NCBI GenBank assembly: GCA_041917695.1
Contig: JAYRXE010000037.1
Span: forward strand, 2,155-66,154
DNA from: Minisyncoccota bacterium
GTDB lineage: Bacteria > Patescibacteriota > Minisyncoccia > UBA6257 > GWB1-50-10
Direction of reading: 5' to 3'
Length of the DNA stretch: 64,000 nucleotides
Part shown: positions 40,025 through 50,143 of the stretch, in pieces
Numbering within the stretch: position 1 is the stretch's first letter
Layout of the letters: every line of letters starts with the position of its first letter
Notes under the pieces: generated by a model
What the model was told of the DNA's origin: nothing
Database searches by the model: none
The model's input: the letters and a program-made list of their open reading frames with translations, nothing else
Made by a program: the position numbers and the translations under genes

Positions 40025-40051
40025 AAAACCCGCCGAATCGGCGGGTTTTTT
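40025..40051. terminator. bidirectional terminator between ileS and rnj
   Basis: AAAAACCCGCCG-AAT-CGGCGGGTTTTTT. Confidence 0.8.
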
Positions 40052-40052
40052 G

Positions 40053-41747
40053 CTAGATCTCGATGACGACCGGCAGGATCATCGGCCGGCGCTTCGTCTT
40101 GTTGTACAAGAACTGGCCGATTTGGTCGCGCACCATCGTGCGGAGATAATCCGGATCGACCTGGTGGCCTTCGATGCGGCCGATGATGCCGCGGATCTTC
40201 CGGCGGATTTCGTTCAGGAAATCCTGGTTTTCCTTCAGGTAGATAAATCCGCGGGAGATGATATCGGGGTTTTTCAATGTCTTCCCCGTTTTCTTATCGA
40301 GCGTCGTGATGATGACGAGCATGCCTTCCGCGGCAAGCGAGCGGCGGTCGCGGAGTACGATGTCGGAAACGTCTCCCACGCCCAAGCCGTCCACCATGAC
40401 CGGATAGGCCGGTACTTCCTCGCCCGAGAGGCGGGCGATGTCCTTCGTGAATTCCACCACAAGGCCGTTGTCCGCCACGATCGTGGCTTCCGGCTTCAGT
40501 CCCACCGCTTCCTGCGCGAGCTTCGCGTTTTGGGAGCGGAGGAAGTAATACCCGTGGATGGGGAGGAAATGTTTGGGGTTTACGAGCTTCATCACCGTCT
40601 TCAGCTCTTCCTGCGGCGCGTGGCCGGAGGAGTGGATGTCTATCATCTTGTTGTGGAAGATGATGGCTCCCTGGCGGCAGAGGTTGTCCTTGAGGTTTTG
40701 GATGCTCCGTTCGTTGCCCGGGATGATGGAGGAGGAGAGGATGATGGTGTCACCCTTCTTTATCTGGACCTGCTTGTGCTCGCCGTTTGCCATGCGCATG
40801 AGGCTGGCATTCGATTCGCCCTGGGCGCCGGTCGCGAGGATGACGACTTTGTCATCCTTGTATTTGTGTATCTCGTCGAGCGAGATCATCGTTCCGCGCT
40901 CCGCTTTCAGGTAGCCGAGGCGTTTCGCAATCTCCAGGTTCGTCTTCATGGAATACCCGGAGGTCGCCACGTGTTTGCCGAGCTTTTCCGCGATTTTGAT
41001 CATTTCTATCAAGCGGTCGAGAAGCGAAGCGAACGTGCCCACGATGATGCGGCCCTTCGCCGCCTTGAAAAGCTTTTCGAGTTCCGCCTCGACGACGCGT
41101 TCCGACAGGGCGAAGCCCGGCACCTCGGACCCCGTCGAGTCGAGCATGAGGGTATGGATGCCTTCGGCGCCGACCTGCTTCCAGACTTCCAAGCCGCGCG
41201 GCTTGCCGTCCTTGTCGTAGTCGAATTTGAATTCGCCCGGGTGGACGATATTTCCCACCGGCGTGCGGATGATCATGCCGAATCCGTCGGGGATGTTGTG
41301 CACGACGTCAAAAAACGTCATGGCGAAGTTCTTCGATATCTGGCGCGTTTCCCCGCCGGCGACAAGATTGAAGACCGGTTTCGGCGCATGGGGAAAGTCC
41401 TCCAAGCGCTTCATGATCACTTCTTTGGTGAGCCGCGTGGTGTAAATCGTCGGATTTCCCAGCCGGTCGAGCAGATGGGGGATGGCGCCGATGTGGTCCA
41501 TGTGGCCGTGCGTAATCACGAGCCCTTTGATATTCGACTTTTTCTTCTCAAGGTACGACGTGTTCGGGATGATATAATCGATTCCCGGCGTTTCTTCTTC
41601 GGGGAACTGCAACCCCGCGTCAATGATGATGATCTCGTTTTCGTATTCGAAGAACATCATGTTCCGCCCTATTTCTTCCAAGCCCCCGAGCGCAACGAAC
41701 CGAACGACCGGCTCGTTTGAATGAGGCTTCTTTGTTATTTTTCTCAT
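40053..41747 (-). CDS. rnj: ribonuclease J
   Basis: LGGLEEIGRNM, THGHMDHIG, TGAQGE, IHSSGHA, RRPMILP. Confidence 0.96.
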   Translation of the reverse strand: MRKITKKPHSNEPVVRFVALGGLEEIGRNMMFFEYENEIIIIDAGLQFPEEETPGIDYIIPNTSYLEKKKSNIKGLVITHGHMDHIGAIPHLLDRLGNPTIYTTRLTKEVIMKRLEDFPHAPKPVFNLVAGGETRQISKNFAMTFFDVVHNIPDGFGMIIRTPVGNIVHPGEFKFDYDKDGKPRGLEVWKQVGAEGIHTLMLDSTGSEVPGFALSERVVEAELEKLFKAAKGRIIVGTFASLLDRLIEMIKIAEKLGKHVATSGYSMKTNLEIAKRLGYLKAERGTMISLDEIHKYKDDKVVILATGAQGESNASLMRMANGEHKQVQIKKGDTIILSSSIIPGNERSIQNLKDNLCRQGAIIFHNKMIDIHSSGHAPQEELKTVMKLVNPKHFLPIHGYYFLRSQNAKLAQEAVGLKPEATIVADNGLVVEFTKDIARLSGEEVPAYPVMVDGLGVGDVSDIVLRDRRSLAAEGMLVIITTLDKKTGKTLKNPDIISRGFIYLKENQDFLNEIRRKIRGIIGRIEGHQVDPDYLRTMVRDQIGQFLYNKTKRRPMILPVVIEI

Positions 41748-41766
41748 ATTATTTTTTTCGACTCTG

Positions 41767-41848
41767 TGCCGGAGGTGGGACTTGAACCCACAAGCCTTTC
41801 GGCATACGGCCCTGAACCGTACGTGTCTGCCAATTTCACCACTCCGGC
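41767..41848 (-). tRNA. tRNA-Leu(CAG)
   Basis: GCCGGAG/CTCCGGC acceptor, TACGG-TTCAGGG-CCGTA, long variable arm. Confidence 0.93.
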
Positions 41849-41873
41849 TTTTCGCTCAATTATATCCTACCGA

Positions 41874-42842
41874 TTACTTTTTCCGCATTGCGGATTTGAA
41901 GGCGCGGATGGAAGGGGTTTCGCGGGGATTTACCCCCGTTTTTTTTGCACTGTGATACGCCGTCCACTGCGCCGCGAGGATGCCGTTCCATGCCCGCTCC
42001 GCAAGGGTTTTCCCTTCGAGGGGTACGGACATCACGGGAATGCCGTGCGATGCGAGAAGTTTTTTCGTAAGCGTAAAACGCTTCCGTACCGCCGCCGATT
42101 CACCCGGATTTTCGAGAAAGATTCCGGCGAGCGTCTGCGCGCCCGCTCCGAACGATTCAATCTCGTTATGGTTCGCTTCGGGAATTTCAGAAGCGAACGC
42201 GGCGAGCTTTGCCGTTTCGTTAAGGTACGTTTTCCAGGCGTAGGCTACCGATGCGAGCGCTTTACCGGAATATACGACTGCCGTCCGGTTTTGAAGCGCG
42301 TCCGCAATTTCCTTTCCGCCTGCTTCCATATGTTCTGAACGAAGATTCCGGGGGAAAGCGATACGCTCCCGAAGTCCCGGAAAAAACAAATGGAGGAGTG
42401 AGAAAACAGCATGAGCAGTATACCCCACGCCTTCGCGCGGCGTCAAGTTTCCGGCGTCAAATGTCGCAAGGGGAATGCCTTTTTTCACCGCCGCCCGGAA
42501 GAGCTTTCCGCCTCCCGCGGCGACCGCGACGCGGTTTTTCGGCGCTATGCGGAGCGCCACGGCAAAACTCGAAAGTGCCTCTTCCGTATCTCCCGAAAAG
42601 GAAACGACGACGTAGAGCGCATCGGTGAATTTCGGCGCGTCATAGCCGTTCCATACGATGACGGGGACGGCGAGCTGGGGCCGCACGAGGTCGGCGAGCA
42701 CTTTGCCGGCAAGGCCCGAGCCTCCCATGCCGCAAATGACGACGGCTTTCGGCGCCGCACCGCGTTTCGCCTTTCCGACGATGAGGCGGGTTTTCCCGAA
42801 TTGTTCGGGGAACGCACGCAGTATGTCGCGAAGCGCATCCAT
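41874..42842 (-). CDS. bifunctional phosphoglucose/phosphomannose isomerase (SIS)
   Basis: CGMGGSG, SFSGDTEE, NETAK, PEANHNE. Confidence 0.88.
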   Translation of the reverse strand: MDALRDILRAFPEQFGKTRLIVGKAKRGAAPKAVVICGMGGSGLAGKVLADLVRPQLAVPVIVWNGYDAPKFTDALYVVVSFSGDTEEALSSFAVALRIAPKNRVAVAAGGGKLFRAAVKKGIPLATFDAGNLTPREGVGYTAHAVFSLLHLFFPGLRERIAFPRNLRSEHMEAGGKEIADALQNRTAVVYSGKALASVAYAWKTYLNETAKLAAFASEIPEANHNEIESFGAGAQTLAGIFLENPGESAAVRKRFTLTKKLLASHGIPVMSVPLEGKTLAERAWNGILAAQWTAYHSAKKTGVNPRETPSIRAFKSAMRKK

Positions 42843-42844
42843 GG

Positions 42845-44434
42845 CTATTTGAATATCCTACCATGCTCAACGTACCAATCTCCGACGTTCGAAAAACGGT
42901 CCGCGGGGTTGCCGATCATCGGGGTTTTCGGCGCAAAACCGCGCAGGCGCGATTCGCGGACGTACGAATAGGGCATCGCATAGAGGAACACGGCGGGGGT
43001 TTCGTTGCCGATATAGAGGGCCAGCGAATCGAGTTCGGCGCTTCGCGTGGAGGCATCGTCGGTCGCACGAAGGTTTTCAAGCAAGGTGTCCGCATTCGCA
43101 TTCGCAAATCCGGATATGTTTTGGCCGGGGTAGTCACGCGCGGAGGAGTGCCAGAACGGATACAGGTCATCGGGATTTTCAAGGATATTTCCGAAGAGTA
43201 CGGCGTCATATTCGCCGGTCTTCAGTGAATTTTCGAAAATATCTTTCGCATCACGCACGTCAATTGTGATTTCGCCGGCGCCCACCGACTCCCAGGAGGC
43301 TTTGAGCATCTCGGCGGTTTTTTCCAAGAAAACGTTTTTCGGGACGGTAAGCGTAAAGGAAAGGTTTTTAACGCCGGCTTTCGATATCAATTCGCTGGCG
43401 GTTTCCCGGTTCTCGCGGTTTTCCGCCGGCACGCCGGGCCGGAGTACGGGCGAGTTGATGAGCGTTCCGCGTCCGTCGAGCGCTTCATCGATGATTCGCT
43501 GTTTCGGAGCCGCACGGTCGAGCGCGAGGCGGATGTCTTTGTTCCGCACGGCCGCATTTTTCCCGCGGAGGTTGAAAAAGACGGCATAATAACGGCCCAT
43601 CGGCACCGTTTCGAGCGTGCCGCGCGGATCGTTATCGATGAGTTTTCCGGCGGTGCCGAAGCCGTCGAGGGAACGGAGGCGGTATGCGGATTCAAGTTCT
43701 TCCTGCGTTTCGAAGAACGAAAGCGAGAATCGCGAAATGTACGGCTTCCCTCCCGCCCAATAGGCGTTCGGCGTGAGATCGTAACGGGTAATCTTCCCGT
43801 CGCTTTCCGCGACGCGTTTCACGCGATACGGGCCGCTCCCGACCGGTTCTCGCGCATAGGGGGAAAAGGCGAGTGCGTCGCCCGAAAGGCCTTCAAATAC
43901 GTGCCGGGGAATGGGCCGCAGGCGCGAAAGGTTTTCCAAAAAGAACGCGTAATCGATGGGCAGGATGAAGCGTACCTGCAATTCGCTCAGGCGTTCCGCC
44001 CGCACGCCTTGCCAATCCGAGAGAAGGGGGGAGTTCGATTCGGGATCCTGGATGCGCGCGACGGTGAACACCACGTCGTCGGCCGTAAAGGGCTTTCCGT
44101 CGCTCCACATCAATCCCTCAGCCAACGTTACGACGTGCACGCGTCCGCCCTCTTCCTCGCGATGGGCGGTCATAAGCTTGGGAAGGCTTTCAAACAACAG
44201 CGCTGAAACGTCCGCGTCGGCCTGTGTTTTGCCGAAAACCGGATTTACGATTTCCGGATGTCCCAGGACGCCTTCGCGCCACGAGCCTCCGTGGAAGGGG
44301 ACGATTTCAGTCCGTTCGACGAACGCGGTGACCGCATAAGCGGCTATCGAAAAGGCAAGCACGACGCTGAGCGCAAAAAAAACCTTCCGTTCTTTTGCGG
44401 AGAGGTTTTCAATGATTTTTTTTGCTACCCGCAT
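42845..44434 (-). CDS. peptide ABC transporter substrate-binding protein (family 5)
   Basis: WSDGKPFTADDVVFT, PVGSGPY; N-terminal TM. Confidence 0.88.
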   Translation of the reverse strand: MRVAKKIIENLSAKERKVFFALSVVLAFSIAAYAVTAFVERTEIVPFHGGSWREGVLGHPEIVNPVFGKTQADADVSALLFESLPKLMTAHREEEGGRVHVVTLAEGLMWSDGKPFTADDVVFTVARIQDPESNSPLLSDWQGVRAERLSELQVRFILPIDYAFFLENLSRLRPIPRHVFEGLSGDALAFSPYAREPVGSGPYRVKRVAESDGKITRYDLTPNAYWAGGKPYISRFSLSFFETQEELESAYRLRSLDGFGTAGKLIDNDPRGTLETVPMGRYYAVFFNLRGKNAAVRNKDIRLALDRAAPKQRIIDEALDGRGTLINSPVLRPGVPAENRENRETASELISKAGVKNLSFTLTVPKNVFLEKTAEMLKASWESVGAGEITIDVRDAKDIFENSLKTGEYDAVLFGNILENPDDLYPFWHSSARDYPGQNISGFANANADTLLENLRATDDASTRSAELDSLALYIGNETPAVFLYAMPYSYVRESRLRGFAPKTPMIGNPADRFSNVGDWYVEHGRIFK

Positions 44435-44439
44435 GCGGC

Positions 44440-44652
44440 TTAGATGCCGGAGAGTTTGATAAGGGCAAGCGAGACGAAGACGATGGCGGCAACTATGGTT
44501 GCCCAATAGATCGCGCGTTCAGCGCCCCGCCGCGTTTGGTATGCGGTATCGCCGCCGCCTCCGAAAAGGCCGCCGGCGCCGCCGCCGCGCTCTTGCATGA
44601 GGATCAATGCGATGAGGATAAGGGAAACCGCTATTTCTGCTATTTCAAACAT
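44440..44652 (-). CDS. secG: preprotein translocase SecG
   Basis: LILMQ.RGGGAGGLFGG...TRRGAE, two TM. Confidence 0.9.
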   Translation of the reverse strand: MFEIAEIAVSLILIALILMQERGGGAGGLFGGGGDTAYQTRRGAERAIYWATIVAAIVFVSLALIKLSGI

Positions 44653-44656
44653 GAAT

Positions 44657-45022
44657 TTATTCTTTATAGAGCATCCGCCCGCTCGACGTGAAAAGGAAAT
44701 TTATAATTCCGATGAGTAACGACGAGTACAGGAGGGGCAAATACCCTTGTATTGTAAGAGGGGTGATGAAGAAGTCAAGAATCGCGAGCGTTATGGCGTT
44801 TATCACGATGAGGAACAGCCCGAAGGTGAGGAGAATAAGCGGGCCGAGGAGGAGCTTTAACACGGGACGGAGGAAGAGATTGATGACGGCGAGCGCCGCC
44901 GCGGCAATGCCAAGATCGGTGATATTTCCCGTGAAGGTGAATCCCGAGATGAACTGCGCGCACAGGTATATGGCGAGCATGTTCGAGAGAAACTGGAAGA
45001 CGAATTTCGCGATCAATTTCAT
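44657..45022 (-). CDS. YvlD/4-TM phage holin family membrane protein
   Basis: INLFLRPVLKLL..PL..LTFGLF..VINA. Confidence 0.85.
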   Translation of the reverse strand: MKLIAKFVFQFLSNMLAIYLCAQFISGFTFTGNITDLGIAAAALAVINLFLRPVLKLLLGPLILLTFGLFLIVINAITLAILDFFITPLTIQGYLPLLYSSLLIGIINFLFTSSGRMLYKE

Positions 45023-45045
45023 TAACGGGGTTTATTTCGTTTTCA

Positions 45046-45933
45046 TTATACCAGCTGGGGAAGGAGGCTTTCGCCGGTCATATCGGCCGGTTTTTTTACG
45101 CCGAGTATCTCCAAAATTGTCGGCGCCACATCCGACAGGAGTCCGATATTTTGGAGCTTTTCCGCCCCTCCGCCGTTTTTCCGCTCAAACCGCTTTCCGA
45201 TGAGGTAGAAGGGGACGGGATTTGTCGTATCTTTTCCTTCAGGCTTTCCGCTCCCAAGGTCGAGCATGTATTCGAGGTTTCCATGCGTCGAGGTGATGAT
45301 AAGCGTATGGTCTTCGGCGAGCACCGCGCGGGCGATGCGGTCGATTGCCGTGTCGAGCGCGCGCACGGCGCGCGTTGCGCTCTCAAAATTTGCCGTTTTC
45401 CCGATGACGTCGGGGTTCGCGTAGGTCGCAGCGAGAAAATCGTAACCGCGGTCCGCAAGCGCAAGAAGGATGCGTTCGGTGACGGCCTCCGCCATCATTT
45501 CCGGATGTTTCTCGGGCTCAAGCGGTTCCCGCGAGGGGATTTCCACCCGGTACTCGTTTTCATACGCCGCCTCGCGCATGCCGTTCAGATAAAACGTGAC
45601 GCCCCGGTAGCGCACCGATTCGGCGATGCGCATTTGGTTTTTCCCCGCACCCGCCACCGCTTCACCCAGGTTTCCGCGTATTTCTCCCGATGCAAGTCCG
45701 TTTTCATTCGCCACCGCCCGTCCGGCGCCGATCGTCGCGTGCCCCACCTCGCTCGAACCCGCCGTGTCCCAGGGGAGCCCGATTGCAAGTCCCGACGCTT
45801 GAAGCGACCCGGCGGGAAAACGGGCTGCAAGCATATCAAGCGTTTTGGTGCCGGCAAGATATATCGGGTTCGATTCGTCGCGCTTTCCGATTCCCCAGCC
45901 GTCGAGAATGAGGAGAACACAAGTATTTTTCAT
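45046..45933 (-). CDS. internally deleted, probably inactive iPGM (GpmI) homolog
   Basis: LILDGWG, SEVGH, HGN, DVAPTIL, MTG; only 295 aa with altered metal ligands. Confidence 0.75.
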   Translation of the reverse strand: MKNTCVLLILDGWGIGKRDESNPIYLAGTKTLDMLAARFPAGSLQASGLAIGLPWDTAGSSEVGHATIGAGRAVANENGLASGEIRGNLGEAVAGAGKNQMRIAESVRYRGVTFYLNGMREAAYENEYRVEIPSREPLEPEKHPEMMAEAVTERILLALADRGYDFLAATYANPDVIGKTANFESATRAVRALDTAIDRIARAVLAEDHTLIITSTHGNLEYMLDLGSGKPEGKDTTNPVPFYLIGKRFERKNGGGAEKLQNIGLLSDVAPTILEILGVKKPADMTGESLLPQLV

Positions 45934-46054
45934 GGGATGTGAACTTCTTCGTAGCGGTTTTTTAGCATTCTAGTTCTTTTGACACCCCTATGGAAGGGTC
46001 CTAAAATTAAAGTGCGAACACACATGTCGATATACACATCATTACTACACTTCC

Positions 46055-47578
46055 ATGGATTCCAGCACGCTTCTCGCGGTTGGCTCCGCGATCTTAGGGT
46101 TGGCGCTCGGGTACGGGGCGCGGTATTACCTAGCCCTCAAATCAAAGACTTCGGTCGAAGCTAAAGCGGGGGAAGAGCTCGAGAAAGCCCGTTCCCAGGC
46201 GAAAGAGATAGTCCTCGCGGCAAAAGACGAGGCGGCCGCCGTCGTTTTAGAAGTTCAGCGGGACGAACGGGAACGAAAAGCCGAGCTTCGCAGGCTTGAA
46301 GACCACCTTTTAAAGAAGGACGCCGCGATAGAGGCGAGCCAGGCTTCCGTCCGCGCCCTTGAAAAGCAGAAGCAGGACGAACTGAACCGCCTCGGCGAAC
46401 AAAAACGCGAAGTTGCCGAACTCCGCGAAAAAGCGCTCACGGAACTCGAGCGCGCCGCGGGGCTTTCGAAGGAAGAGGCGAAGGCCCGCATGTTTTCCGA
46501 GCTTGAACAGCACGCCCGCGAAGAGTTGCGGGAAAAAGTGATTCGCCTTGAGCGCGAAAAGCTCCAGGAGATCGAGGCGCGGAGCCTTGATATCATCACG
46601 TCGTCGCTCCAGCGGTACGCGCGGAGCTCGGTGAACGACATCACGACCTCCGTTGTGCATATTCCGAACGAGGAACTGAAGGGCAAGGTCATCGGCCGCG
46701 AGGGGCGCAATATCCGCACGTTCGAACGGCTTACGGGCGTCGAGGTGATCGTGGACGACACCCCTGACACCATTCTGCTTTCCTCGTTCGACCCGATGCG
46801 GCGCGAGCTCGCGAAGATCGCGCTTGAAAAACTTTTGAAAGACGGGCGCATTCAGCCCGCGAAGATCGAGGAAGCCGTCGAGGAGGCGCGCGAAGAGCTC
46901 GACCGCCACGTGCAGAAAGCGGGTGAGGATGCGGCGTACGACGTCGGCATCCTTGATTTCCCGAAGGAAATCCTCCATCTCCTGGGCCGCCTGAATTACC
47001 GCACGAGCTATGGGCAGAACGTCCTGAAGCACTCCGTTGAAATGGCCCACATCGCCGGCATGCTCGCATCGGAACTCCATGTGAATGTCGAAGTCGCGAA
47101 GCGCGGAGCCTTGGTGCACGATATCGGCAAGGCCATCGACCACGAGGTCGAAGGAACGCACGTCGAAATCGGCAGGAAGTTGCTGAAGAAATACGGCATT
47201 TCGGACGAGATTGTGAAGGCCATGGAAGCCCACCACGAGGAGTATCCTTTCTCGACTCCCGAGTCGTATATCGTCGCCGCCGCAGATGCCATCTCCGGCG
47301 CCCGGCCTGGCGCGCGGCGCGACACGCTCGAGAAATATTTGAAGCGCCTTGAGGACATCGAACGGGTGGTAAAAACGTTTGACGGCATTTCGCAGGCGTA
47401 TGCCGTATCCGCCGGCAGGGAAGTGCGCGTGTTCGTCACGCCGGAAAAGGTGGATGATTACGGAGCGCTCCAGCTCGCGAAGCAGATTGCCGCGAAAATC
47501 AAATCCGAACTCCGTTTCCCCGGGGAAATCAAAGTAATCGTCATCCGCGAGGTGAAGGCTGTCGAGTACGCCCGGTAG
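46055..47578 (+). CDS. rny: ribonuclease Y
   Basis: TM, coiled coil, KH KGKVIGREGRNIR, HDIGKA, DAISGARPGAR. Confidence 0.97.
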   Translation: MDSSTLLAVGSAILGLALGYGARYYLALKSKTSVEAKAGEELEKARSQAKEIVLAAKDEAAAVVLEVQRDERERKAELRRLEDHLLKKDAAIEASQASVRALEKQKQDELNRLGEQKREVAELREKALTELERAAGLSKEEAKARMFSELEQHAREELREKVIRLEREKLQEIEARSLDIITSSLQRYARSSVNDITTSVVHIPNEELKGKVIGREGRNIRTFERLTGVEVIVDDTPDTILLSSFDPMRRELAKIALEKLLKDGRIQPAKIEEAVEEAREELDRHVQKAGEDAAYDVGILDFPKEILHLLGRLNYRTSYGQNVLKHSVEMAHIAGMLASELHVNVEVAKRGALVHDIGKAIDHEVEGTHVEIGRKLLKKYGISDEIVKAMEAHHEEYPFSTPESYIVAAADAISGARPGARRDTLEKYLKRLEDIERVVKTFDGISQAYAVSAGREVRVFVTPEKVDDYGALQLAKQIAAKIKSELRFPGEIKVIVIREVKAVEYAR

Positions 47579-47732
47579 GAATAAAAAAATCACCCCCGAA
47601 GGGGGTGAAAATACCTTATTTACCAAGACGCTAAGACCACAACCCGTCTCTTATACTGTAAAAGGCTAGGATTTATGCTATTATTTCAGGGTAAAGCGAA
47701 GAAAGGTCGGCAAATTTATCACTAAAAACACC

Positions 47733-48008
47733 ATGAAGAAAGTAGGACTTGTAGAGGCGGTGCAGAAGGCCGCCGGGATTGAAACGAAGAAACAGGCGGA
47801 GCAGGCCGTCGAAGCCATGTTCGACACCATCGTAAAGTGCATGTCGAAGGGCGAAGAGGTCGCTATCACCGGTTTCGGCACGTTCCGTGTCGCGAAGCGC
47901 GCGGCACGCATGGGCGTAAACCCGAAGACGGGCGAAAAGATCCAGATTGCCGCGTCGACGAAGCCGAAGTTCCGCGCGGGCAAACTCCTCAAAGAGGCAG
48001 TCGCCTAA
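47733..48008 (+). CDS. hup: HU DNA-binding protein
   Basis: GFGTF, RMGVNPKTGE, PKFRAGK. Confidence 0.95.
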   Translation: MKKVGLVEAVQKAAGIETKKQAEQAVEAMFDTIVKCMSKGEEVAITGFGTFRVAKRAARMGVNPKTGEKIQIAASTKPKFRAGKLLKEAVA

Positions 48009-48027
48009 GCGAAATTCCATTCGTAAA

Positions 48028-48056
48028 CAAAAAGCCCCCTCGCGGGGGCTTTTTGT
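48028..48056. terminator. bidirectional terminator
   Basis: CAAAAAGCCCCC-TCGC-GGGGGCTTTTTG. Confidence 0.8.
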
Positions 48057-48065
48057 CATCCCGGG

Positions 48066-48965
48066 TTAGAGCGATCTCCTCACAAGATTGCTCATCTCGA
48101 TGAAGATCTGATAGGACTCTTTCACTTTCGCGAAAGAGGCGTCTACCGTCTCTTTTATCGAGGGGGATTGCATAGGGGGGGTGGGGGGAGTGGATGAACT
48201 CGAAGCGAGTTCTTTCTTTTCTTTTTCAGCCTTCATTTTTTCTTCTTTCAGCTCGGCTTCAATGGCGAGTTTTTCCTCGCTGCCGTCTTTCATGAAGGGA
48301 TAGAGGTAGCTTTTGGCGAATTGGCGTACGCCAGTATCGTTCATCGCGCGGGCGTCGCCGATGAGAGTCGAGGCTTTCTTAAGGCTTTCCTCAACTTCCT
48401 TTATTTTCTTGAATTTTGCCTTTTTGAGTTTCGCGACGTCGGCGGAAACCTTTTCAAGGCGGTTTTCGGCGGTCTCGAGGGATTTCTTATGCTGTTCAAG
48501 AAGCAGATAGGATTGCACTTCATCGAAAAGCGGGGTGTAGGTTTCTTCCCGCCATTTCTTCAGGTCTTCCGCGCGGAGCTTCACTTCGTCCACGGTGGGG
48601 TGCTCGATCATGTTCACGATGCGCGTCTCGTTTTCGTAATGCTTCACGGCGTCTTGGAGGGCCGCGATGCGGTTTTTCTTCCACACGGCGGTCGTGGTGG
48701 TCGTTTTGTCGTCCTCGTAAGCGAGGAGCTTTAAGCGCATGTCGCGGGCGTCCGTCGTCGCGAGCTCGAGCACCTTCTTGTAGGCGTCGAGGCGAGCCTC
48801 GCCTTCGCCTTCGTTTTTGTCTTTTGCGCCGATCAGGGCTTCAACGGTGTCCATTACGCCCTGGATCACCTTCTCGGCGGGGTTCGTCTGAGCCGATGCG
48901 GGAATCGCCGAAAAGGCGAATGAGGCGACCGTTGCGGAGAGGAGTATGAGGAGTTTTCGTGCCAT
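48066..48965 (-). CDS. secreted coiled-coil hypothetical protein
   Basis: signal peptide ending ASA-Q; third gene of the ECF operon. Confidence 0.75.
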   Translation of the reverse strand: MARKLLILLSATVASFAFSAIPASAQTNPAEKVIQGVMDTVEALIGAKDKNEGEGEARLDAYKKVLELATTDARDMRLKLLAYEDDKTTTTTAVWKKNRIAALQDAVKHYENETRIVNMIEHPTVDEVKLRAEDLKKWREETYTPLFDEVQSYLLLEQHKKSLETAENRLEKVSADVAKLKKAKFKKIKEVEESLKKASTLIGDARAMNDTGVRQFAKSYLYPFMKDGSEEKLAIEAELKEEKMKAEKEKKELASSSSTPPTPPMQSPSIKETVDASFAKVKESYQIFIEMSNLVRRSL

Positions 48966-48966
48966 G

Positions 48967-49434
48967 TTAGAGGGTTACGTTTTCAAGCAGGCGATCGATT
49001 TCGTCATTCGCGGTGCCCGCTTTCTGGATATCATCGATCTCCGACTGGATCGGTCCTTCCTTCAAGTGGCTCACATTCGTATCGCGGATTTCCGTGATGG
49101 CGGCAGTGATCACTTCGTTCGTGTTATTTCGATAGTTTACCTCTTCAAGCTCGATGGAGATAGGGAGCTCAGCGGCTTCCTTCGAGAGCTTATCGGCATC
49201 TTTCAAAGAGGAGAGAGACGGGGAGCGGTACGAAGCAAGCAAGGGGACGGCGGCGATCAAAAACCCGGCCACGCCAAGACCAAGTCCGCGTACCCACGTG
49301 GGCTGGAAGCTGGGAAGCGAAAAGACGCTCCGTCTCGCGGGAGTGGAGACGATCGCAAAACGCGTACGCGCTTCAAAACCCCGGTCGGGGGCGATCGAGG
49401 CGAGCATTTTCAGTTTTCGCTTGATGGTTTCCAT
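48967..49434 (-). CDS. putative single-TM anti-sigma factor
   Basis: short N-terminus plus one TM, directly after the ECF sigma. Confidence 0.6.
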   Translation of the reverse strand: METIKRKLKMLASIAPDRGFEARTRFAIVSTPARRSVFSLPSFQPTWVRGLGLGVAGFLIAAVPLLASYRSPSLSSLKDADKLSKEAAELPISIELEEVNYRNNTNEVITAAITEIRDTNVSHLKEGPIQSEIDDIQKAGTANDEIDRLLENVTL

Positions 49435-49989
49435 TTAATTATTTTCCCGGGGAGGGGTCTCCTCGAGTATTTTCTTCAGGCGCCGCAGGGCGCGGTGCTG
49501 GATGACCCGTATGGCCCCTTCGGTCTTCGCGAGGGAGTCCGAGATCTCCTTGTTTGAAAGTTCGTTCACGAATTTCATGATGACGACGCTTTGCTCGTCG
49601 TCGGTGAGAAGGCGGAGCGCTTCGCCGATGCGTTCCATTTCGATGGAGGTTTCGAGGTCGCGTTCAGCGTCCTCTTCGGCAATGCCGAGCTTCTCTTCTC
49701 CCACCGCCTCGATGTCCACGTAGGGCTTCGCGGTCCGGTAGAAGTCGATGACGGCGTTTGAGGCGATCTTGTAGAGCCAGCTCGAAAAGGGGACTCCTTT
49801 CGGCTTATAGCTTCCGATGTTCTTCCAGGCGTTCATGAACACCTGGTGCGCCAAGTCTTCCGCATTCTGTCGCTGGCCCACTTTGAGGTATACGAAACGG
49901 TAGATTTTCGCGATGTGCGCGTCGTACAGCTTTCCGAAGGACTCGGAATCGCCTTTCTGGGCCTTATAAATGAGCTCCGCTTCGTTCAT
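49435..49989 (-). CDS. ECF RNA polymerase sigma factor
   Basis: AEDLAHQVFMNAW, WLYKIASNAVIDFYR, AIRVIQHRAL. Confidence 0.94.
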   Translation of the reverse strand: MNEAELIYKAQKGDSESFGKLYDAHIAKIYRFVYLKVGQRQNAEDLAHQVFMNAWKNIGSYKPKGVPFSSWLYKIASNAVIDFYRTAKPYVDIEAVGEEKLGIAEEDAERDLETSIEMERIGEALRLLTDDEQSVVIMKFVNELSNKEISDSLAKTEGAIRVIQHRALRRLKKILEETPPRENN

Positions 49990-49995
49990 ATTCTA

Positions 49996-50021
49996 TAACG
50001 AGGCCTGTTCCGAAACGTTTC
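49996..50021 (-). promoter_or_regulatory. putative ECF promoter
   Basis: GAAACG-N15-CGTTA, 6 nt before ATG; classic AAC/CGT ECF pattern. Confidence 0.65.
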
Positions 50022-50143
50022 TTCAGGCTCCTTTCGGGGTGTAACGTTACAGATTTTTGCCTCATGCCAGGCAATTATACATGATTTTAGCCTTACCGAA
50101 ATCTTGCGCCGCATTCTCCGCTATGACACAATCAGAGACGTTC

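Noticed and set aside
40050-41720. Long antisense ORFs (e.g. 40050-41720, 10470-11699, 46310-47626, 52598-53875, 13754-14851)
   Set aside because: They are shadows of well-supported GC-rich genes on the opposite strand and have no recognisable motifs.
44657-45022. Holin-family gene as prophage evidence
   Set aside because: This 4-TM family is commonly chromosomal; it sits next to secG with no lysin or structural genes.
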